From: a bacterium
GTDB lineage: Bacteria; DUMJ01
Assembly (NCBI GenBank): GCA_049970495.1
Contig: JBMFMV010000040.1
Coordinates: forward strand, 1 to 17,422
Direction of reading: 5' to 3'
Length of the DNA: 17,422 nt
The translations under genes and the position numbers were made by a program. Positions 8,845-16,590 of this stretch are shown piece after piece. Within the stretch, counting starts at the first letter, position 1; each line of letters opens with the position of its first letter. A model generated the notes under the pieces. That model did no database searches, was not told the origin of the DNA, and saw nothing but the letters and a program-made list of their open reading frames with translations.

Positions 8845-8854
8845 TCAACAAGAA

Positions 8855-9784
8855 TTATTGAAGTAACTGGGCCTTCTTTTGTAATAATTCCCACTTAGCA
8901 TCTACCTCTTTCTGGATCTCTTCTAAAAGTTGAGCATTTTCTGGTCTAAATAGATGTGCAAATCTTCCTTGAGGCTTTAGATATTCAGTTATAGGAAGCT
9001 TCTGCCTTGGTATATAGTTTATCTTCCATTTTCCATCCTCTACCTCATAGAGTGGCCAATAACAAGTTTCTACAGCTAATCTGGCTATATTTACAGTCTC
9101 GCTTGTATCTGATCTCCACCCTCTAGGGCAGGGAGAAAGGACGTTTATAAATGTTGCTCCATCCATTGATACAGCCTTTCTTACTTTCTCTATAAGGTCT
9201 CTAAAATTAGAAATAGAAGCCTGCGCAACATATACTGCACCTTGCTCTGCTATAGATGCAACTATATCCTTCTTTCTACCCAACTTACCAGGTCTGACCT
9301 TGCCCACTGGAGAAGTAGTAGTCCATGCCCCTAGAGGAGTAGCACTTGATCTTTGAATACCTGTATTCATATATGCCTCATTATCATAACAGATATAAAG
9401 TATCCTGTGATTTCTCTCCATAGCTCCAGATAGAGCCTGGAATCCTATATCATAGGTTCCGCCATCTCCTCCAAAGGCAATAAAAGCTATATCTTCTGTT
9501 ATCTTACCTTGTCTCCTTAAACTCTGATATGCAGCCTCCACTCCACTTATTGTTGAGGCTGCATTCTCAAAAGCGCTATGAATCCAAGGAGTCTTCCATG
9601 CAGTGTACGGATATATAGTTGTGGCTACCTCGAGGCACCCAGTAGCATTAGCCACCACCACAGGTTTATCTATCGCAAGGAGTATTTGTCTGACAGCTAT
9701 AGATGCACCACACCCCGCACAGAGCCTATGACCACCAGTAAGTCTATCTTCTTTTCTGGAAAGTTCTTTTATATTAACAGGCAT
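8855..9784 (-). CDS. porB: pyruvate/2-oxoacid:ferredoxin oxidoreductase beta subunit (TPP-binding)
   Basis: GHRLCAGCG, ATGCLEV, the TPP motif GGDGGTYDIG...YDNEAYMNTG, and SPCPRGW. Confidence 0.93.
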   Translation of the reverse strand: MPVNIKELSRKEDRLTGGHRLCAGCGASIAVRQILLAIDKPVVVANATGCLEVATTIYPYTAWKTPWIHSAFENAASTISGVEAAYQSLRRQGKITEDIAFIAFGGDGGTYDIGFQALSGAMERNHRILYICYDNEAYMNTGIQRSSATPLGAWTTTSPVGKVRPGKLGRKKDIVASIAEQGAVYVAQASISNFRDLIEKVRKAVSMDGATFINVLSPCPRGWRSDTSETVNIARLAVETCYWPLYEVEDGKWKINYIPRQKLPITEYLKPQGRFAHLFRPENAQLLEEIQKEVDAKWELLQKKAQLLQ

Positions 9785-9795
9785 ATTAACCCTCC

Positions 9796-10977
9796 TTACT
9801 CTCTAACACCAACATAGCTTATTAGATCCTCTACTTTTCCCGTCTTATATATAAACTCTAGACCTTCAAAAACCTTATATATCTGTTCCATAGTTACATC
9901 CCTTCCACCAAGTCCATAGATGTAATCAGTTACTATTGGACGATTAGGAAGGTCATATAGGACAGACCTAATATCGGTAAAGAGTGGACCTCCAAACCCT
10001 CCAAAAGTATCAGCTCTATCCATAACACCTATAACTTTGAGTCTAGAAAGCGTATCTTTAATTTCTTCTACTGGAAGCGGTCTAAAGAGTCTAGGTTTGA
10101 GAAGACCTACTCTTTTACCTTCTCTCCTAAGATTATCTATGACCTCTTTCGCAGTTCCAGCAGTAGAATTTAACACTACTAAGCCTATCTCTGCGTCTTC
10201 TAGTTTATATGTCTCAAAAAGGTCATACTTTCTACCAGTGATCTTGGCAAATTCCTCAGCAACACTTCTTACAACAGGTATAACCCTCCTATATGCCTCA
10301 GCTTGGGACCTCTTAAACTCAAAATAAGAATCCTGAAGCGCTAAAGGTCCGATAGTAAATGGATGCTCTATATCAAGGAGAGACCTTAAAGGTTTATACT
10401 CTCCAATAAAGTTCTTTACTTCCTCATCTTCTAGAGGTTCTATCACCTCTTCTGCATGACTTGTAATAAAACCATCCATATTCACCATCACAGGCAGATT
10501 TACACTTTCTGCTATCTTTATCGCCTGAATTAAATTATCATAAGCCTCTTGGGCGCTCTCAGACCATAGCTGAATCCAACCACTATCTCTGGCACCCATG
10601 GCATCAGAATGGTCACAGTGGATATTTATAGGGGAACTTAGAGCCCTGTTTACTACGGTCATAACAATTGGTAATCTAGCCCCGGAGGCTATATATAGCA
10701 TCTCCCACATCAAGGCTAATCCTTGGGAAGATGTCGCGGTCATAGTTCTAGCACCAGCAGCAGAGGCACCAATACAGGCTGACATAGCTGAGTGTTCACT
10801 CTCTACAGTAACAAATTCGGTATGGACATCTCCATTGGCAACATACTCTGAAAACACTTGTACTATTTCTGTCTGAGGAGTAATAGGATAAGCAGCAACA
10901 ACATCTGGGTCTATCTGTTTCATCGCTAATGCTATAGCCTGATTACCCTCTAAAGCTATTAGATTCTTTGTCTTCAT
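9796..10977 (-). CDS. porA: pyruvate/2-oxoacid:ferredoxin oxidoreductase alpha subunit
   Basis: AAYPITPQT, VESEHSAM, TATSSQGL, NRALSSPINIHCDHSD and YGLGGRD. Confidence 0.93.
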   Translation of the reverse strand: MKTKNLIALEGNQAIALAMKQIDPDVVAAYPITPQTEIVQVFSEYVANGDVHTEFVTVESEHSAMSACIGASAAGARTMTATSSQGLALMWEMLYIASGARLPIVMTVVNRALSSPINIHCDHSDAMGARDSGWIQLWSESAQEAYDNLIQAIKIAESVNLPVMVNMDGFITSHAEEVIEPLEDEEVKNFIGEYKPLRSLLDIEHPFTIGPLALQDSYFEFKRSQAEAYRRVIPVVRSVAEEFAKITGRKYDLFETYKLEDAEIGLVVLNSTAGTAKEVIDNLRREGKRVGLLKPRLFRPLPVEEIKDTLSRLKVIGVMDRADTFGGFGGPLFTDIRSVLYDLPNRPIVTDYIYGLGGRDVTMEQIYKVFEGLEFIYKTGKVEDLISYVGVRE

Positions 10978-11258
10978 AGACTTCCCTCCTCCACCATACT
11001 TATAGCCTTAACTGGACATACCTTACTGCATATACCACAACCCTTACAATGGACATAATCTATACCTTCCATCTTTTCCTCTTTTACTATGATAGAACTA
11101 TCTGGACAATAAATCCAGCAAAATAGGCAATTTATACATTTCCCTTTATCAACCACAGGACGGAACGTTCTCCAAGTGCCAGTTTCATATTCCTGTGCAT
11201 TTCCTGGGTCCAAGATCACTATCCCTTCTGGCATCTCTTTCCAAGTAGGAAGTTTCAT
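10974..11258 (-). CDS. porD: pyruvate/2-oxoacid:ferredoxin oxidoreductase delta subunit (2x[4Fe-4S])
   Basis: TGTWRTFRP, CINCLFCWIYCP and CKGCGICSKVCP. It overlaps both neighbours by 4 bp (ATGA-type coupling). Confidence 0.92.
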   Translation of the reverse strand: MKLPTWKEMPEGIVILDPGNAQEYETGTWRTFRPVVDKGKCINCLFCWIYCPDSSIIVKEEKMEGIDYVHCKGCGICSKVCPVKAISMVEEGSL

Positions 11259-11827
11259 TCTGACTGCACCTCCTCATAGGCACGCTTTACTGCCTCTATA
11301 TTTCCTTGTACGACCTTCTCACTAAATCTACCAGAGAATTTACTCTTTAACTCTTCTAGGACCTCATCAAGTGAAGGGCTACCCATAATTCTTATCAATG
11401 CCCCCAATAAAGGAGTATTTGGTATATTCCTTCCGATTGTATCTAGTGCGATTCTAGTTGCATCTAAAGTATAAACCTTACCACCCCTTAATCCTAAACT
11501 TTCCCTTATCTCTTTAGGCGATTTGTTGGTATTAACTATCAGTACACTTGTCTCCTTCCAGCCATCTAGAGTATCCTTTATCTTAAGTAAACTTGGATCC
11601 AAAACTACTATCATATCTGGATTAATTATCTGAGAATGTATCCTGATAGGTCTATCACTAATCCTTGTATAAGCCTTCATTGGAGCCCCCATTCTTTCGG
11701 GACCATATTCTGGGAAGGCCTGTATATATTTACCGGCACCTAGAGCGGACTCAGCAAGGAGATAGGCAGCAGATTTTGCTCCCTGCCCTGCTCTTGCATG
11801 CCAACGTATCTCTATAAGCTCCTGCAT
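11255..11827 (-). CDS. porC: pyruvate/2-oxoacid:ferredoxin oxidoreductase gamma subunit
   Basis: EIRWHARAGQGA, QAFPEYGPERMGAP and PNTPLLGA. RBS AAGGAGGT lies upstream. Confidence 0.92.
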   Translation of the reverse strand: MQELIEIRWHARAGQGAKSAAYLLAESALGAGKYIQAFPEYGPERMGAPMKAYTRISDRPIRIHSQIINPDMIVVLDPSLLKIKDTLDGWKETSVLIVNTNKSPKEIRESLGLRGGKVYTLDATRIALDTIGRNIPNTPLLGALIRIMGSPSLDEVLEELKSKFSGRFSEKVVQGNIEAVKRAYEEVQSE

Positions 11828-11883
11828 ATATAACCTCCTTTTTTAAAAACTTATCTCAAAGAATACTAGGTAAATCCTCATAA

Positions 11884-11912
11884 ACTATAACATAATGAAG
11901 AGAATTTGTCAA
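11884..11912 (-). promoter_or_regulatory. sigma70 promoter of por operon (TTGACA-N17-TATAGT, extended -10 TG)
   Basis: Plus-strand TGTCAA at 11907-11912 and ACTATA at 11884-11889. The minus strand reads TGt-TATAGT. Confidence 0.72.
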
Positions 11913-11946
11913 ATAGAAAATTTGTTGTTCACTGTAGATATTCTTA

Positions 11947-11975
11947 TTGACATGTAAAAATATTTGATATATAAT
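11947..11975 (+). promoter_or_regulatory. perfect-consensus sigma70 promoter of the DUF2089 operon (TTGACA-N17-TATAAT)
   Basis: TTGACA at 11947-11952, 17-bp spacer, TATAAT at 11970-11975, and RBS GGGGTGA before ATG 12005. Confidence 0.8.
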
Positions 11976-12004
11976 TTTAAAAAGTAGAAAGGGGTGATAA
12001 AAAA

Positions 12005-12367
12005 ATGAATAAAGTAGTTACAAAATGTCCTGTGTGTGGAGAAGGGATGTACATAGTTGCCTTAAAATGCCCTTCCTGTGAGACAGAGATAAAGGGGGCT
12101 TTCTACCTAGATGAATTTTTTAAACTATCTAAAGAACAGTTAAACTTTGTAAAGCTGTTTATAAAGAATAGGGGAAACTTAAGTGATCTAGGGAAAGAGT
12201 TAAATCTATCTTATCCTACATTAAGAAGTAGGTTGAATGAGATTGCTAAAACTCTAGGATACCCCGTAGAAGAGGAAAGGATAGATAAGATGGGGGTCTT
12301 AGAAAAAATTGAGAAAGGGGAAATAACCCCACAAGAGGCTGTAAAACTCTTAAAAGGAGGAGAATAA
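12005..12367 (+). CDS. DUF2089 family protein (Zn-ribbon + HTH + C-terminal SHOCT-like motif), putative regulator
   Basis: CPVCG...CPSCET, HTH segment GNLSDLGKELNLSYPTLRSRL, and C-terminal VLEKIEKGEITPQEAVKLL. Confidence 0.85.
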   Translation: MNKVVTKCPVCGEGMYIVALKCPSCETEIKGAFYLDEFFKLSKEQLNFVKLFIKNRGNLSDLGKELNLSYPTLRSRLNEIAKTLGYPVEEERIDKMGVLEKIEKGEITPQEAVKLLKGGE

Positions 12368-12369
12368 AA

Positions 12370-13281
12370 ATGAAAGGACAGATTCCAATAGAGGGAATAA
12401 AGAGAGTTTCTATCGATGGAACTGGAGGGGATATAAGGATACTACCAGCTGATGGAGATGAACTAGTATACGATATAGGAGAAGGGCTGGATATGCAACA
12501 TGAAACAAAAGGAGATGCTTTATTTATAAAGATTCGAGTTAAAGGATTTCTAGGTATCCCTTTTTTAGGAATTGGTGGGCAGAATGGAGATATATTATTC
12601 TTTATACCCAAAAATAAATCTCTTGAACTAAATCTAAAATCAGGAGATATATCGTTTTCGGATTATAAGGGGGATACCGTATTATTGAGGGCAACATCTG
12701 GAGATATAAATATTACTAGACTTTTATGTGACTCCCTACAGGCACATCTTACTAGTGGAGATATAAATATCGATGTAGAGACAAAAAAAGGAATCCTAAA
12801 CTTTAGGTCAGGAGATGTAAGAGTATACTTAAAGGGGGAAGATTGGAACGTAGATATCTCTGGAGTAAGTGGAGATTTAGATGTAACTACAGAGACAGAT
12901 TCTATAGAGCTCTATATAAATGGAATTAGTGGAGATGTGTCTGTAAATCATGAAAGTATAGCAACAGGTAGGGTAGGAAATAAGCATATAGTAACAGATG
13001 GCGGAAGAAATAAATTGAGGATAAATGTAGTATCTGGAGATGTCTCAGTAAAAACAGGTGAAGGGACGAAAGAGATGAATATAATAAAACAAGCACAGAC
13101 GAATCAGCAAGAGGTATCAGAACTTTTATCTACCGAAAATAACACATCTATCTATTATATCCCCGAAGAGGTAAAGAAAGTAAGAGATATGTATAAGGCT
13201 GGTAAGGTATCAAAAGAAGATGCTACAAGTCTTATAGAGGCTATGGGATATGGAGGATTAATCAATATACTGGAGGAATAA
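12370..13281 (+). CDS. DUF4097 (adhesin-like / 'Toastrack') beta-repeat protein with C-terminal SHOCT-like motif
   Basis: Seven xxSGD[IVL] repeats (LKSGDI, ATSGDI, LTSGDI, FRSGDV, GVSGDL, GISGDV, VVSGDV), a polar linker, then VRDMYKAGKVSKEDATSLIEAMG. No signal peptide is evident. Confidence 0.8.
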   Translation: MKGQIPIEGIKRVSIDGTGGDIRILPADGDELVYDIGEGLDMQHETKGDALFIKIRVKGFLGIPFLGIGGQNGDILFFIPKNKSLELNLKSGDISFSDYKGDTVLLRATSGDINITRLLCDSLQAHLTSGDINIDVETKKGILNFRSGDVRVYLKGEDWNVDISGVSGDLDVTTETDSIELYINGISGDVSVNHESIATGRVGNKHIVTDGGRNKLRINVVSGDVSVKTGEGTKEMNIIKQAQTNQQEVSELLSTENNTSIYYIPEEVKKVRDMYKAGKVSKEDATSLIEAMGYGGLINILEE

Positions 13282-13282
13282 G

Positions 13283-13663
13283 ATGGAGATACTATGGATT
13301 ATTTTGGCAATACTCTCTCTAGGAGGGGCTTTATTCTTCTTACCTTTCACATTGGGAGCTGGATTTTTTTGGATGATAACTGGCATACTTTTAATACTTC
13401 TTGTTGCACTCTTAGTGAAGCTTATAATCTTTTTAGCTCCTATCTTTTTTGTCCTTGGGGTTGTTTTAATAATCTGGGGTCTTATAGAAAGTCCCCATAA
13501 AAGGATGAGATTAGAAGAGAGGATAGAGGTTCTATTAGATAAGCTTTTAGGTAGAAACAGATACTATGAGGGGGAAAGATTAAAGATATTGGAAATGTTA
13601 GAACGTGGAGAGATCACTTATGAGGAAGCTATGGAAAGGATAAAAAATATTAGGAGGCGATAA
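13283..13663 (+). CDS. small membrane protein with C-terminal SHOCT-like motif
   Basis: The first ~68 aa are almost entirely hydrophobic (2-3 TM segments). The C-terminus reads ERLKILEMLERGEITYEEAMERI. RBS GGAGG. Confidence 0.8.
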   Translation: MEILWIILAILSLGGALFFLPFTLGAGFFWMITGILLILLVALLVKLIIFLAPIFFVLGVVLIIWGLIESPHKRMRLEERIEVLLDKLLGRNRYYEGERLKILEMLERGEITYEEAMERIKNIRRR

Positions 13664-13665
13664 AA

Positions 13666-14040
13666 TTGAGAGAAGAAGAACTTAAGATACTCAAAATGAT
13701 AGAAGAGGGTAAGATAACAGCAGAAGAAGGGGCAAAACTCTTAGATGCAATAAAAGAGGATTCTGTAAGAGATACTGGAAGGTATTTAGGTAAAAAGATA
13801 AAGATTTCTGTGATAGATAAGGTATCGGGGAGGAAAGAAGTCGACATCTCTGTTCCGCTTCCTTTAGCAAAGGCGCTCCTTAAGTTTGGCTTAACAAGTG
13901 GTATAGCGTTTGGAGGGTTTAAGCTAGAGGAATCGGGGGTAGACGTAAACGAACTGCAAAAGATGATAGATGAGGGGCTAGAGGGAACACTTGTACAGGT
14001 AGATGATGAAAAAGAAAGAGTCGAGATAAAAGTAGAGTAG
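13666..14040 (+). CDS. YvlB/LiaX N-terminal (SHOCT-like) domain protein
   Basis: TTG start with RBS AGGAGG at 13652-13657. N-terminal EEELKILKMIEEGKITAEEGAKLLDAI, then a domain with VDISVPLPLA and GTLVQVDDEKERVEIKVE. Confidence 0.8.
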   Translation: MREEELKILKMIEEGKITAEEGAKLLDAIKEDSVRDTGRYLGKKIKISVIDKVSGRKEVDISVPLPLAKALLKFGLTSGIAFGGFKLEESGVDVNELQKMIDEGLEGTLVQVDDEKERVEIKVE

Positions 14041-14064
14041 AAGGACTTTTCAAAATCCTGTATA

Positions 14065-14118
14065 CTATAAGACTAGGGAGAGGTATAATAGAAGTTGTTA
14101 ATCTCCCTAGTCTTATAG
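14065..14118 (+). terminator. 17-bp perfect inverted repeat between the DUF2089 operon and thrS (probable terminator or regulatory hairpin)
   Basis: CTATAAGACTAGGGAGA (14065-14081) pairs with TCTCCCTAGTCTTATAG (14102-14118) around a 20-nt loop. It is followed by ATTTTTAT and the thrS RBS. Confidence 0.6.
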
Positions 14119-14138
14119 ATTTTTATAAGGAGGAAGTA

Positions 14139-15875
14139 ATGAGTTTAGAGAAAAAGATAGAAGTAAAAGAAGATTTACTTGCTTTAAGGCATACAGCGAG
14201 TCATATACTTGCTCACGCAGTAAAGAGATTATATCCTAATGCCAAATTAGGCATCGGCCCCCCAACTGATGAGGGATTTTACTATGACTTTTATATAGAA
14301 AAGCCATTTACTCCAGAAGACTTAGAAAGAATAGAAGAAGAGATGAAAAAGATAGTGGAGGAAAATTATAAATTAGAAAAGTTCTCTCTCAATAAGGAAG
14401 AGGCGATAAGGTTTTTAGAAGAATTAGATGAGCCCTTTAAGATAGAATTGGCCAGAGATATAGAAGGGGAAATAACTTTTTATAGACAAGGAGATTTTGT
14501 TGATATGTGTGCTGGTCCCCATATAGAAAGCACTGGAGGGGTAAAGTACTTTAAGCTTCTATCCACCTCTGGAGCTTACTGGAGGGGGAATGAGCACAAT
14601 CCTATGTTGCAGAGGATATACGGAACAAGCTTCTATAAAAAAGAAGAACTTGACAATTATTTGGCCTTTCTAGAGGAAGCAAAGAGGCGAGATCATAGAA
14701 TCTTGGGGAGAGAGCTTGATATATACAGTATTCACGAAGAGGTCGGTCCTGGACTTATCTTTTGGCATCCTAATGGAGCTATTATAAGAAATATCATTGA
14801 GGACTTTTGGCGTAAGGAACATATAAAGAGGGGATATAAGCTCGTATATACTCCTCATATAGCAAGTGAAAGGATATATGAAATAAGCGGACATTTAGAG
14901 AATTATGCCGAGTCCATGTATGCCCCAATACAGATAGACTCCGCTAGGTACAGGCTAAAGCCGATGAACTGTCCTGGACATATACTCATCTATAAGACCA
15001 AACAGAGAAGCTACAGAGACTTACCGATAAGATATGCAGAGTTAGGAACTGTGTATAGATATGAAAGGATAGGAACACTGCATGGTATGCTACGGGTCAG
15101 AGGTTTTACCCAAGATGATGCACATATATTCTGCAGAGAAGATCAACTTTTGGATGAGATTAGAGGGGTCATAAAACTTATGGACTTCTTTATGAAGGTC
15201 TTCAAATACGAATATAAGCCATATCTATCTACTAGGCCAGAAAAATATATTGGAACAGACGAGATATGGGAGATGGCAACAAGGACATTAGAAGAAGCTC
15301 TCAGATTAGAAGGGATGGATTATGAGATAGATGAAGGTGGTGGAGTCTTCTACGGACCTAAGATAGATATAAAACTTATAGATGCACTTGGGAGAGAATG
15401 GCAAGGACCGACTATTCAAGTGGATTTTAATCTCCCAGAGAGATTTGATGTAAACTATATAGGAAGTGATGGTAAAGAGCATAAGGTGGTAATGGTTCAT
15501 AGGACAGTCCTTGGCTCTATGGAAAGGTTCATAGGTGGACTCATAGAGCACTTTGCTGGTAGATTTCCCCTTTGGATAGCACCAGTTCAAGTTGTTATAA
15601 TCCCTATAGCAGATAGACACAATGAAAGGGCAATAGAAGTAAGAAACATATTACTAGCTAAGGATATAAGAGTAGAACTTGATAGTAGAAATGAGAAGAT
15701 AAATTATAAAGTTAGAGAAGCGATAGTAAAGAAGATACCTTATATTGTTGTGATAGGTGATAAGGAGTTAAAGAATAATACTATCTCTGTAAGAACAGTG
15801 GATAAGGATTTAGGAAGTCTCAATGTGGAATCTTTTCTAGATAGGATTATAGAGGAGATAGAAAAGAAGATATAA
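14139..15875 (+). CDS. thrS: threonine--tRNA ligase (short form without TGS domain)
   Basis: RHTASHILAHA, GFYYDF, DMCAGPH, GAYWRG, RDHRILG, LKPMNCPGH, RVRGFTQDDAH, FYGPKID and HRTVLGSMERF, plus the anticodon-binding C-terminus. RBS AAGGAGG. Confidence 0.97.
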   Translation: MSLEKKIEVKEDLLALRHTASHILAHAVKRLYPNAKLGIGPPTDEGFYYDFYIEKPFTPEDLERIEEEMKKIVEENYKLEKFSLNKEEAIRFLEELDEPFKIELARDIEGEITFYRQGDFVDMCAGPHIESTGGVKYFKLLSTSGAYWRGNEHNPMLQRIYGTSFYKKEELDNYLAFLEEAKRRDHRILGRELDIYSIHEEVGPGLIFWHPNGAIIRNIIEDFWRKEHIKRGYKLVYTPHIASERIYEISGHLENYAESMYAPIQIDSARYRLKPMNCPGHILIYKTKQRSYRDLPIRYAELGTVYRYERIGTLHGMLRVRGFTQDDAHIFCREDQLLDEIRGVIKLMDFFMKVFKYEYKPYLSTRPEKYIGTDEIWEMATRTLEEALRLEGMDYEIDEGGGVFYGPKIDIKLIDALGREWQGPTIQVDFNLPERFDVNYIGSDGKEHKVVMVHRTVLGSMERFIGGLIEHFAGRFPLWIAPVQVVIIPIADRHNERAIEVRNILLAKDIRVELDSRNEKINYKVREAIVKKIPYIVVIGDKELKNNTISVRTVDKDLGSLNVESFLDRIIEEIEKKI

Positions 15876-15891
15876 GGGGGTTTAAGCAACC

Positions 15892-16590
15892 TTGAGGGGT
15901 AAGGTCTTAATAGTTTTTATCATAGTATCTTTCCTCTTCCTTATAGGAGCTGAGGGAGAGGATAGATATCTAAAAGAGGCAAGAGAAAAGATGGTTAACC
16001 TTATAAAAAGTAGAGGAATAAAAGATGAGAGGGTCATATCAGCTATGCTTAAAGTTCCAAGGCATCTTTTTGTAGATAAGAATCAATGGAGATCTGCCTA
16101 TGATGATAGGCCTCTACCTATAGGGTATGGACAGACGATATCTCAGCCATATATAGTAGCACTAATGACAGAAAGTCTAGAGATAAAGATGGGTGAAAAG
16201 GTACTAGAGATAGGAACAGGCTCAGGATATCAGGCAGCTATATTAGCGGAACTTACCGATAAGGTCTACTCAGTAGAGATAATAGAGGAATTAGGTAGGA
16301 GGGCAGATAGAGTTTTAAAAAACCTAGGATATAAGGTCAAGATAAAGATAGGAGATGGCTATAATGGTTGGGAAGAATATGCCCCATTCGATGCTATCAT
16401 CGTTACCTGTGCCCCTGATCATGTTCCTCCACCACTTATCCAGCAGCTCAAAATAGGAGGAAGAATGGTAATTCCGGTTGGTCCTACTGGGCTCTATCAG
16501 ACGCTATGGCTAATAAAAAAGGAAAAAGAAGATAAACTTATCTACAAAAACCTAGGCGATGTGCTTTTTGTCCCTCTTATTAGGCGATGA
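15892..16590 (+). CDS. pcm: protein-L-isoaspartate(D-aspartate) O-methyltransferase with N-terminal hydrophobic extension
   Basis: VPRHLFV, AYDDRPLPIGYGQTISQPY, VLEIGTGSGYQAA, GDGYNGW, APFDAIIVT, GGRMVIPVG and FVPL. The start codon (TTG 15892) is less certain. Confidence 0.92.
   Translation: MRGKVLIVFIIVSFLFLIGAEGEDRYLKEAREKMVNLIKSRGIKDERVISAMLKVPRHLFVDKNQWRSAYDDRPLPIGYGQTISQPYIVALMTESLEIKMGEKVLEIGTGSGYQAAILAELTDKVYSVEIIEELGRRADRVLKNLGYKVKIKIGDGYNGWEEYAPFDAIIVTCAPDHVPPPLIQQLKIGGRMVIPVGPTGLYQTLWLIKKEKEDKLIYKNLGDVLFVPLIRR

Noticed and set aside
9578..10876. Plus-strand ORFs 9578-9817, 10037-10327 and 10598-10876
   Set aside because: Antisense to well-conserved porB/porA, with no RBS or domain support.
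12630..13045. Recurring (A/T)GGAGAT words suggesting a DNA repeat array or CRISPR
   Set aside because: They encode the SGD protein repeats of the DUF4097 domain and are too short and in-frame to be CRISPR repeats.
12246..13847. ORFs 12246-12611 (-), 13294-13500 (+) and 13650-13847 (-)
   Set aside because: They overlap better-supported genes of the DUF2089 operon that have RBSs and family motifs.
14670..15620. Minus-strand ORFs 14670-14894 and 15306-15620
   Set aside because: Antisense to thrS, with no independent support.
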